Assembly: GCA_937998695.1 (NCBI GenBank)
Contig: CALLCO010000232.1
Coordinates: 1-54,453, forward strand
DNA length: 54,453 nt
Origin: Candidatus Ozemobacteraceae bacterium
GTDB lineage: Bacteria; Muiribacteriota; Ozemobacteria; Ozemobacterales; Ozemobacteraceae
Direction of reading: 5' to 3'
The translations under genes were made by a program, and so were the position numbers. The notes under the pieces were generated by a model, which saw only the letters and a program-made list of their open reading frames with translations, made no database searches and was not told the DNA's origin. This document shows, one piece after another, positions 27,708-39,527 of the stretch (positions are counted from its first letter, which is position 1; each line of letters starts with the position of its first letter).

Positions 27708-27736
27708 ATTATACACATGCCCCGGCCCCCACGCAA
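27708..27736 (-). promoter_or_regulatory. Sigma70-type promoter for the GGDEF/CoxS/CoxM/GH57 operon
   Basis: TTGCGT-17 nt-TATAAT on the minus strand. Confidence 0.6.
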
Positions 27737-28111
27737 TTTCCACGAAGGACGAATTCCCGATGCCGAACCCCCAACGGGCGTCGATCCAACGCGGCCGGCC
27801 CGGCCCTGCTCGCCCGCGTGGAGAAAGCTGAAGCCATGCCGCTCTCCTGGGTTAACCAAACCGTCGCAAGGACCCGGATATTGCCTGGCGCAAGTCCTGG
27901 GCATCATGCCTGCGGTTTTTCGGGCGGCGGCGGCCGAGAGACGCGGGTTCACGACGCCGGGGGGAACGGGCCAAGCCGGGAAAAGCCATTGCCCCAACAA
28001 CCACCCCATCCTGAAAATACCCTCCTGGCGCCACCCCAACCGGCCATCTCCGCTCGACCCGATCGGCCTTCGGCAGCCGGCGGTGCGCCTCGCGATCCGG
28101 CAGGTGGGGGC

Positions 28112-31683
<3,572 letters not shown>

Positions 31684-31687
<4 letters not shown>

Positions 31688-32088
31688 CCGAACCCCGCAT
31701 CAAGCTTCCTCCCACCATTCCCGCCAAGTGCCAGAAGATCTTCCAGAGCAAGATCGAGCACCTGCCGCCCGACACCGCCGGGGTGCTGCGCGCCCAGGTC
31801 GGACGCTACCTCAAGATGGTCAAGGGCAAGGCCCCCGCCTACAAGCACCTCGACCTGCCGCTCATCGAGAAGATGGCCCAGACGCTCGAGACACTCCTCG
31901 ACGGCTATGCCGACCTGAGCGAGGAGCATCGCGCCCTTGTGGTGGGCGCCGCCCGCTACTTCATCGAGACCTCGGATGCCAACGACGACCTGACCGACCC
32001 GCTGGGCTTCGACGACGACCTGGCCGTCCTCAACACCGTCCTGCTCGTCCTCGACCGCCCCGACCTCGTCATCACCCGGGCCGGCTGA
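31684..32088 (+). CDS. Small DUF1232/YkvA-like protein
   Basis: SD AGGAGG and ATGA overlap with mfd; AARYFIETSDANDDLTDPLGFDDDLAVL resembles the Y..D...D...G..DD motif. Confidence 0.72.
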
Positions 32089-32233
32089 AAGCCTTGCTCC
32101 GGAGGCCCTGACCTGGTCGTCACGCGAGCCGGCTGAAAACCTTGCTCCGGGGGCCCCGACCTAATCGTCACGCGGGCCGGCTGAAAACCTTGCTCCGGGG
32201 GCCCTGACCACGCCATCATCCGGGCCGCCGGAA
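32057..32233. repeat. Tandem 48-bp imperfect repeat (about 3.6 copies) spanning the gene stop
   Basis: Unit starts at 32057, 32105, 32153 and 32201; core GCCGGCTGAAA(G/A)CCTTGCTCCGG(A/G)GGCCC. Confidence 0.95.
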
Positions 32234-32319
32234 GACCCCGAAGCCCCGCCCCAAAGAACCCGACCACATCATCGCCCCGGCCACCGGAGGGCCCCGCCGC
32301 AAGAAAAAAGCCGGGGGAA

Positions 32320-33114
32320 TCACTTCTTCAGCAGAATCTTCAGGGTGCGACCGACGGCATCGAGCAGGACCGGCACCTGGTGGGCGGGGCAATCGGGGCT
32401 GCTGAGCCGCTGCAGATCGTCGGCCAGTTCGAGCAGCTCGGCCGCCTGCCCGGGGTTGAGCCGGCGGTGCGCCTCGATCGCCTCCAGCAGGGTCATCGGC
32501 TCGCCCAAAGGGCCGCGCAGAAAGCGGACCTCCTTGAGGAACCCCTTGCCGTCGAGCACCAGGTAGTAGGACAGCACCCGCACCGGATCGTCGGCGAAAT
32601 CGGTCCCTTCGAGGGCGGGAAGGAAGCGGCGCACCGCGTCGCGGGCCAGGTCGTCAACGGTGCGACCGTCGGTGCCGACCGGCGTGCGCCCGAGCTGGCG
32701 CAACCCCTCGCGGCGGGCCGCCTGGTCGGCGTCGGAGGCCTCACCGTGCCGCTGCAGCCAGTCCTGCTTGACCTGCAGGAGGTTGTCGATGACCCGGTCG
32801 GTCAGACCGGGTTCCGGCAGGGCCTGCAGGGCCCGACGGGACCGGTCGAGGGCCCACCGGCCGAGCTCGCGCGTGCGCTGGGCCGCCGACTGGTGGAGAC
32901 AATGGAAGCAGGTATTAAACCCCCACGGCACCGCCTTGCCACACGTTTCACAGAATCGCCCGACGGGTCGGTCCGACTCCCCGGCAGGACGTTCCCGATT
33001 CGCGGTGGGTCCCATTTGGGCCACGGCAGGCCACCCTGACAGACTGAAGGCGGATGCTGCCAAGGCAACCACCAGAAGCCATCCGGGAAAAGGCCCCGGA
33101 AGAGTTCCGTTCAT
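32320..33114 (-). CDS. Hypothetical protein with signal-like N-terminus and CxxC...CxxC zinc ribbon
   Basis: FCETCGKAVPWGFNTCFHC followed by a helical domain with GC3-rich codons; start uncertain. Confidence 0.62.
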   Translation of the reverse strand: MNGTLPGPFPGWLLVVALAASAFSLSGWPAVAQMGPTANRERPAGESDRPVGRFCETCGKAVPWGFNTCFHCLHQSAAQRTRELGRWALDRSRRALQALPEPGLTDRVIDNLLQVKQDWLQRHGEASDADQAARREGLRQLGRTPVGTDGRTVDDLARDAVRRFLPALEGTDFADDPVRVLSYYLVLDGKGFLKEVRFLRGPLGEPMTLLEAIEAHRRLNPGQAAELLELADDLQRLSSPDCPAHQVPVLLDAVGRTLKILLKK

Positions 33115-33191
33115 GGCCACCACCGGCCACTTCCAACTGCGTGTCGGTCGGGCCCCCGCCAAACCCGCCCCGAACTCCCGGCGGAACCTCC

Positions 33192-34280
33192 TCACTCGGC
33201 CCAGTACCACTGCCCGCCAAACCGCGTGGCCAGCCAGCCGAACCGCTGATCGAGCAGGACATCGCCGGGCGGCAGGTCGAGCCCGAGCGCATGGCAGGGG
33301 TGGTGGGACAGGCAGGCCGCGATCGTTTTCAGGGGCAGCCGCACCCGCTCCACCAACTGGGGGATGCACTCGGGAAGCAGGCGACCTCCGCCGAACAGGT
33401 GGCCCCCCTGGAAGGTGCACCGTCCCTCCTTCAGCTCGAGGGTGGTCCCATAGGCCTGGTGAAGGCCATCGGACAACCCGGCGGGCAGGACACAGTCGGA
33501 GACCAACGAGATGCGTTCGGGCCCGAGGATACCGAAGGTCATCTGCACGATCTCGGGACAGACGTGAATGCCATCGGCGATGAGTTCGACCAGGACGTTG
33601 CGGTGGCGCAGCACGGCCGAGACCACGGTGGGGTCGCGGTGGGTGAACGGTCGCATGGCGTTGTAGAGGTGTGTGACGTAGATGGCGCCAGCCTCGAAGG
33701 CGGCCACCGCCGTGGCGTGGTCGGCATCGGTGTGGCCGATGGCGACGCGGATCTTGAGCTCGTTCTGAATGGCGGGAATGAGTGCGAGGGCCCCCGGCAG
33801 TTCGGGGGCGATGGTCACGAAGCGGATCATGCCGCGAGCCAAATCCTGCCAGCGGCGCAAGGCGGCCAGGTCGGGAGGGCGCAGCAGATCTTCGGCGTGC
33901 GAACCGCGCCGGGACGGGGCCAGGAAGGGGCCTTCCAGGGAGATGCCCATGATCGAGGGCGGCCGCAAGCGCCGCGCGGCCACGGCGGCGATATCGGTCA
34001 GGGCCCGGCACCGTTGTTCTTCCGACGTGGTGATCAGGGTGGCGACGACGCCGGTCACCCCGGTCTGCAGGAAGCCGTCGAGCATGGCGTCGAGGCGGTC
34101 GGGGTCGCCGAAGGAGAAATCCCAGCCGAATCCGCCGTGCACGTGCAGATCGACGATGCCCGGCAGGCGGTAGCCTTGCAGGGTGGTGGTATCGACGGGC
34201 AGGTCGGTTTCCAGATCGCGGAATGGGCGGCACATGATGGCTTCAGGGGGTTCTGCGCCCAAGCAGATCCGTCTGGTCAT
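33192..34280 (-). CDS. nagA: N-acetylglucosamine-6-phosphate deacetylase
   Basis: PGIVDLHVHGGFG, LEGPFL, TIAPE, IGHTDA, THLYNAM, IADGIHV, LVSD. Confidence 0.92.
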   Translation of the reverse strand: MTRRICLGAEPPEAIMCRPFRDLETDLPVDTTTLQGYRLPGIVDLHVHGGFGWDFSFGDPDRLDAMLDGFLQTGVTGVVATLITTSEEQRCRALTDIAAVAARRLRPPSIMGISLEGPFLAPSRRGSHAEDLLRPPDLAALRRWQDLARGMIRFVTIAPELPGALALIPAIQNELKIRVAIGHTDADHATAVAAFEAGAIYVTHLYNAMRPFTHRDPTVVSAVLRHRNVLVELIADGIHVCPEIVQMTFGILGPERISLVSDCVLPAGLSDGLHQAYGTTLELKEGRCTFQGGHLFGGGRLLPECIPQLVERVRLPLKTIAACLSHHPCHALGLDLPPGDVLLDQRFGWLATRFGGQWYWAE

Positions 34281-34557
34281 CGTTTTGGCTTCCTCCCGGG
34301 ATCGGCCGCGGCGGGCCCGACCCTCACCGGACACCTTACCGGAAAGCCCCGGCCCCCGCAAGAGGGAGGAGCGTCCCATGAGCTTCTCTTCCCTGTCCCT
34401 CTACCTATGCCTGAACCTGAATGGGCTTCAGGGCCTTCTCTCGGCAGGCCGGTCCAAGCCAACGAGCGGCAACCCCATCCGTGATCGGGCAGCCGTTTCC
34501 CGACCGCTCTCGAACCAAGGTCAAGAGCAACCATGATCCGCTTGAAGACTTGCCGAA

Positions 34558-34604
34558 GGGGCTTCGCCCCCCACCCCACACCAGGGCCTTTGGCCCTGGA
34601 CCCC
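34558..34604. repeat. Intergenic double-hairpin (REP-like) element
   Basis: GGGGC-TTC-GCCCC, then CCAGGGCC-TTT-GGCCCTGG; only one copy noticed in the window. Confidence 0.4.
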
Positions 34605-34696
34605 TCTTTCCGAGCTAGGGAACGCCGTGCGTTCCCAAGCCGACGAGCCCGCCGCGCGGGCCATCGAATGCGTTGATGCGGCTCAGTGACAAGAGA

Positions 34697-35347
34697 TCAG
34701 CGGTCTTCGGGGAAGGTGCGCCAGGGTTCGCGGAAATGGGTGGGGGCCGAGGCATGGCCCGGCGGGGACGACCAGGCGTCGAGATCGCCGTCGCGCACGT
34801 CCGACACGATCACGGTCGGGGGACGCATGGGCGACGAGATGAAGTTCGAGATGACCGGCCCCCGGTCGGTCTGGATGGTGAAGCGCAACCACCGGACCCA
34901 CCAGTTGCGCAACGGATAGCCGGTAACGATCCGTTGCCGTTGGGCCACCCGCCGCACCGAGGCCGGCGGGATCACCACCGCCTGCCCGCCAGGCAGCCAC
35001 TCCTCGTCCATCAGGACGCGGCGGCGCCCAACCCAGGAATCGCCGCGCGCCGCCGAAACGGTCAACGGCCTGTTGTAATCGTCGTTGTAGATTTCGAGGA
35101 ATTCGTAGACGGCGAAGGTACCATTCTTCAGGTCGACGACGTCGGCCACCGCCACTGCTCTGATAGGAGGCCGGAAGGGCGGCGGCACCGCCCCGACAGG
35201 CCGGTGGGGCGCCAGCCCCAGTCCTACCAGCAGCGTCAATATCAGCCAGGCCCGCGGCCAGTCAATGGCCTGGCCGTTGCCGGCCTCCCCCAAGCACGTC
35301 GCCGCCCGTCCCCGGGCGGGAGACAGGCGGCGACGGCGTGGGATCAC
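34697..35347 (-). CDS. Hypothetical exported beta-rich protein
   Basis: GTGA overlap with fprA stop; hydrophobic WLILTLLVGLGLA; globular beta-strand-like core. Start uncertain. Confidence 0.6.
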   Translation of the reverse strand: MIPRRRRLSPARGRAATCLGEAGNGQAIDWPRAWLILTLLVGLGLAPHRPVGAVPPPFRPPIRAVAVADVVDLKNGTFAVYEFLEIYNDDYNRPLTVSAARGDSWVGRRRVLMDEEWLPGGQAVVIPPASVRRVAQRQRIVTGYPLRNWWVRWLRFTIQTDRGPVISNFISSPMRPPTVIVSDVRDGDLDAWSSPPGHASAPTHFREPWRTFPEDR

Positions 35348-36540
35348 TGGGCGGCGGCCTTGATCTGGCGGGCGAAATCGCGGCCGAAGGTCTCGCAGGT
35401 CTTCAGGTCGTCTTCATTGGGGCAGAACTGCACCTTGAGGCCGGGCTGGGCCACCTTGATCTGGGCCTTCTCGAGGGCTTCCTCGAGGCGCTTGATGACC
35501 TCGCCGCTCCACCCGAAGGTGCCGAAGGCGGCGCCGATCTTATTCGGGAAGCGCAAGCCGCGCATTTCCTCGAGGTAGGGGGCAATCGATGGCATCAGGT
35601 TGTTGTTGAGGGTCGGGCAGCCGACGGCCACTCCTCGCGAGAGCAGGATGGCGGTCATGACGTCATTGAGGTCGGCGACTCCTGCGTAGAACAGCTTGTA
35701 GGGCACCCCTTCCGCCTCGATGCCGCGGCAGATGGCCTTGGCCATACGCTCGGTGCCGTGCCAGATCGAGTCGTAGATGACGACGGCGGAGGGCGGGGTC
35801 TTGCCGGACGACCACTCCAGGTATTTCTCGACGATCTGCATGGGGTTCTTCCGCCAGATGGCGCCGTGGCTGGGGCAGATCATCTCGAACGGCCAGTTCA
35901 GGGCCGAGTATTCCTGGATCTTTTTGATGATCTGCGCGCAGAACGGGGTCAGAATGTTGGCGAAATATTTGACCGCTTCCTCCCACAGTTCGCATTGGTC
36001 GACCTGGTCGGCGAATCGGTTGGCATGGGCGTAGTGCTGGCCGAAGGCATCGTTCGAGAACAGGATCTTCTCTTCGGGACAATACGAGAACATGGTGTCG
36101 GGCCAATGCAGCATCTGGGCCTCGAAGAACCGCAGGGTGCGCTTGCCCAGCGACAGGGAATCGCCGGTCTTGACCACCTGCAGATCACGGGCGGCTGGGA
36201 AGTGCCGGGCCATCGAGGTCTGCCCGCCCTTGCTGCACACGATCTTCAGCCGGGGGTTGCGGGCCAGCAGAGCCGGAATGGCTCCGCTATGGTCGGGCTC
36301 GGCATGGTTGACGATCAGATAGTCGATCTTCTCGACGGGCACCACCCGCTCGATGTCTCGCAGGAAATCCTCGATGTGGGTGTTCTTGACGGTATCGATC
36401 AGGGCGATCTTCTCGTCGACGATCAGGTAGGAATTGTAGGTGGTGCCACGATAGATGGACAGTTCGTGGCTGTGGAAATGTTTCAGCATCCATTCGATCG
36501 ATCCAACCCAGTGGATCGCTGGGCGAATTTCCGATGGCAT
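35344..36540 (-). CDS. fprA: Flavodiiron protein (FprA/NorV family)
   Basis: GTTYNSYLI, NHAEPDHSG, LHWPD, SNDAFGQH, CPSHG; flavodoxin YDSIWHGTERMA and FGWSGE; SD AAAGGAG. Confidence 0.95.
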   Translation of the reverse strand: MPSEIRPAIHWVGSIEWMLKHFHSHELSIYRGTTYNSYLIVDEKIALIDTVKNTHIEDFLRDIERVVPVEKIDYLIVNHAEPDHSGAIPALLARNPRLKIVCSKGGQTSMARHFPAARDLQVVKTGDSLSLGKRTLRFFEAQMLHWPDTMFSYCPEEKILFSNDAFGQHYAHANRFADQVDQCELWEEAVKYFANILTPFCAQIIKKIQEYSALNWPFEMICPSHGAIWRKNPMQIVEKYLEWSSGKTPPSAVVIYDSIWHGTERMAKAICRGIEAEGVPYKLFYAGVADLNDVMTAILLSRGVAVGCPTLNNNLMPSIAPYLEEMRGLRFPNKIGAAFGTFGWSGEVIKRLEEALEKAQIKVAQPGLKVQFCPNEDDLKTCETFGRDFARQIKAAAQ

Positions 36541-36629
36541 GGTCGGGTCTCCTTTCATGAGGTTATAGCCTCGTCAAACATTTTCCGTGATCTCGGTCGA
36601 CAAGTCAAGCCACTGGGGCGCAGGCAGAA

Positions 36630-37892
36630 ATGCCCCTTTCCGCCGTCCGGTTCCCCGACCAAGGTCGATCTCCCGGTCCTTTCTGTCGTCAGGACTTCCC
36701 TGAGCCTGCTGCATGCTTGGGGTTTTGCGCGTCGTGTACATACCGCCCCTCCTCCGGTCGGCATCTCCGAACGGACGGGACATGGGACCGGGCTGTTCGG
36801 GGCGTTCGTGGAACAGGCTCCCCGGCGATTGGCCGGCGGGGAGGGTGGCCGGGAAGAACACCATGCAGGCTGGAAGAATCGGCCCGACCACCCGATAGGG
36901 TACCCTGCATGGGACACTTCATCGGTAACGTCTGGTGGGCGGCCGCCCTCGCCGGGCAAAGCCCAGAGCCATTTCAGGCGAAATCTCCCCTGACGTTCGA
37001 GGATCGGCTGTTCAGCCTGCCCGAAGGGAAGGATCTGACCTGTCCGGCAGCCTGGCGAGAACCCCTGGTCGACCGGGGTATCCTGCGGGAACGGATGGCG
37101 CAGGCGGGACTGCCCGTCCCACGCTGGACACGGGCCCGGACGTTCGAGGAAGCCTCCCGCTGGGTCGTGGCCGGCAACCGCTTTCCGCTGGCCATCAAGT
37201 CGGCTGCCAACGGCTCGGAGGGGCAGGGCGTGTTCCGCCTCGAGGGGTTCCGGGAACTTTCAGGGTTTTTCGAACGGATCAAAGCCCAGGCCCCGACCGC
37301 CGACGTCATCCTCGAGGAATGGGTGGCCGCCAAAGCCACGGTGGAGGTGACCATGGTCCCTGGTCGCCCCCTTCTGGTGGCTCAAAAGGGGCTGGCCCGG
37401 TCCTTGCATGCGGGAACGGCCTGGCGGATCTTCCCCGTCACCCTGCCCACCCGTGAGGCGGCTGCCGTCAAACACCTTCAAGACACCCTCGGCCTCCCCG
37501 GCTCCGCCCCGTTTCCCCTCCTGCGCCTGACCATCGCCCTGACCGGCCAGGACTGTATCCTGCTGGCCATCAGTGGGGCGGTCAACCGGCCGGAGTATCA
37601 TCCCGGGTGGTGCGAGGCCGTGGGCTTGTCGCCCATCCTCGGCCCTGACGGGCCCCCGGACGGAGTCGGCCATTCCGCCCCGGCCCGTTGGGCCCGCCTG
37701 CAACTGCTGGGGCGCCCGTCGCGGCTGCCTCCGTTCCCGACGGAAGCTCCGGTGACCAAGGAATTCGAAGTCGCTCGCTACTTCGCGGCCGGGCATCGGG
37801 CGATGGCTTTACTGACCGGCAAGGATCCGGCGGGATTGGCCCAGCAGGCCATCCTTCTGGCGAGACTCCTGGAGGAATCCAGCGCGGATTGA
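36630..37892 (+). CDS. ATP-grasp-fold protein (divergent; start uncertain, perhaps 36909)
   Basis: AGLPVPRW...FPLAIKSAANGSEGQGVFR...VILEEWV is the ATP-grasp lid/ATP-binding pattern. Confidence 0.6.
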   Translation: MPLSAVRFPDQGRSPGPFCRQDFPEPAACLGFCASCTYRPSSGRHLRTDGTWDRAVRGVRGTGSPAIGRRGGWPGRTPCRLEESARPPDRVPCMGHFIGNVWWAAALAGQSPEPFQAKSPLTFEDRLFSLPEGKDLTCPAAWREPLVDRGILRERMAQAGLPVPRWTRARTFEEASRWVVAGNRFPLAIKSAANGSEGQGVFRLEGFRELSGFFERIKAQAPTADVILEEWVAAKATVEVTMVPGRPLLVAQKGLARSLHAGTAWRIFPVTLPTREAAAVKHLQDTLGLPGSAPFPLLRLTIALTGQDCILLAISGAVNRPEYHPGWCEAVGLSPILGPDGPPDGVGHSAPARWARLQLLGRPSRLPPFPTEAPVTKEFEVARYFAAGHRAMALLTGKDPAGLAQQAILLARLLEESSAD

Positions 37893-38058
37893 CCCGCGGG
37901 GTCAGGCCGGAAAGCCTGCCGGGAACAATCCCGGGCTTGCCCCAGGCGCCAAGGCACGCTCAAGGGACCAGGATCGGAACTGCCACGGACCATGTTCGCA
38001 CGGGGCAACCCCGGACCGGTTCAATCAAGACCGGTGGGAAGGCCTACGGCAAACCGGG

Positions 38059-39165
38059 TCAGGGAGTCTCCCAGTCCTTGCGGAAGGCCCGCCAGAGATC
38101 GTAGAAGAGGGTATTGCCGTGGAAATGGGGGCATTCCCGGTAGAGGGCGTAGGTCGCGGCATTGCGCACCCGCACCGCGTGTCCGTCGATATTGACCGTT
38201 AAGGTCTCGCCGCGGTCGAGGCGAGCCTGACCCTCGGCAAAGGCCCGCCGGAGCGAAGAGGCCACCCATTCGATCTGGCGCTCGAACCCCCGATGGGAAG
38301 GGTTTCCCGGGCGATGATCGGAGCTTCCGACCCCCATCGCCCACTCGAGGGTCAGGGAGGCGACGACCGGCCGGGTGACCAGTCCCTGGAAGGCCTGCAA
38401 CCGCACCAACAGAACCTGCGGGTTGATGCCCTGGCGGCGGGCCACCCGCCCGATGATGCGGGCGGGGGCGTCTTCGCCCGACAGGCGCGCCAGAGCCGAC
38501 CCCCGGCGTTCGAGAAAAGCCTGGATAGCGGCGTCAGACAGGGCTTCGGCCTGGACGAGGACGGCATCGGGCAGGAGGAACTCACGCTGGAACCGTTCGA
38601 ACCAGGCCGCCCCATCAGTTCCCCCCGATCCTGGGGGGGGTGTGGCCGAGGGGACGACAGAGGCGGAGGCCCCGACCGGGGACACGGAGGCGAGACCGGC
38701 CGGCCCCGGGGGAATCGGCAGGGAAGGGGTCGAGAGGCCGACCCCCTCAACATGGTGAACCGGCAAAGCCGAGGCCACGGACCCGCCTGGACGAAGGGGT
38801 TCGAGAGGCCCCAGACCAGGGGTGTTCAAGGCGATGGCCTTTTCGAGACGGGCCTTGGCGCGCCGCAGGGCGGCCAGGGGCTGGCGAAGGTCGGCTCCCC
38901 GGGCGGCAACCGCCAGGTCGTAGGCCTGGCGGGCCGTCTGGTATTCGCGGAAGGCCTCTTCCAACTCCTGGGCCGAGTTGGCTGGGATGTCGGGCTGGAT
39001 GGTAAAGCTGGCTACTCCTCCGGCCGGTTTCTCGTCGAGGTTCTTGGCGACCTCGGTACCCACCAGTAGAGTTGCCGCCCCGATGGCCACCCCCAGGGCC
39101 ATCGTGACCATGAAGCCGATGATCCCCTGCCGGGGATTTCGGACCAAAACAGGCACGGGAGCCAC
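38059..39165 (-). CDS. Membrane-anchored protein with coiled coil, Pro-rich linker and lysozyme-like C-terminal domain
   Basis: TM IIGFMVTMALGVAIGAATLLVG; C-terminal GINPQVLLVRLQAFQGLVT...WAMGVG...GFERQI...NAATYALY...PH; TGCTATACT -10 upstream. Confidence 0.65.
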   Translation of the reverse strand: MAPVPVLVRNPRQGIIGFMVTMALGVAIGAATLLVGTEVAKNLDEKPAGGVASFTIQPDIPANSAQELEEAFREYQTARQAYDLAVAARGADLRQPLAALRRAKARLEKAIALNTPGLGPLEPLRPGGSVASALPVHHVEGVGLSTPSLPIPPGPAGLASVSPVGASASVVPSATPPPGSGGTDGAAWFERFQREFLLPDAVLVQAEALSDAAIQAFLERRGSALARLSGEDAPARIIGRVARRQGINPQVLLVRLQAFQGLVTRPVVASLTLEWAMGVGSSDHRPGNPSHRGFERQIEWVASSLRRAFAEGQARLDRGETLTVNIDGHAVRVRNAATYALYRECPHFHGNTLFYDLWRAFRKDWETP

Positions 39166-39443
39166 CTTTCCTGTAAATTCATCCTCAGTATAGCAGATTC
39201 CCCCAACATCCCCAAGATGGCGTAAGTCGCCGCAGCGATTCTCCATTGGGCCAACGAAGCGGGGTTCTTAGGTCGAATCGCGATCCCTTGAAGGCGTGGA
39301 GCCGAAACCCCGGGAGTCTGAGATCGAGCCACAGCGGCATCCGAGGGGGGCGCCCGGTCTCGAACCGCACCTGCCCATTCCCAATGGCGCCTCTGTCAGT
39401 AATAGAGCTTCTCATCCGGACAACCTGGGAAAACGCCGTTTCC

Positions 39444-39473
39444 TTGACAGACAAGGTCGAGCCCCGCTAAGAT
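39444..39473 (+). promoter_or_regulatory. Sigma70-type promoter
   Basis: TTGACA-18 nt-TAAGAT upstream of the AAGGAG RBS of the 39528 gene. Confidence 0.5.
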
Positions 39474-39527
39474 GAAATGGTAGCCTAAGTCTAGAGTAGC
39501 GTCCTAATATCCCCAAGGAGCATAAGT

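Noticed and set aside
27818-28111. mfd start at 27818
   Set aside because: Extension is Pro/Gly low-complexity with no Mfd similarity; ATG 28112 has a purine-rich RBS.
32057-32233. CRISPR interpretation of the 48-bp array
   Set aside because: The would-be spacers are about 20 nt and homologous to each other; no cas genes or leader.
33115-34233. 637-aa ORF 32320-34233
   Set aside because: Upstream part is an alternate frame of nagA; only 32320-33114 looks coding.
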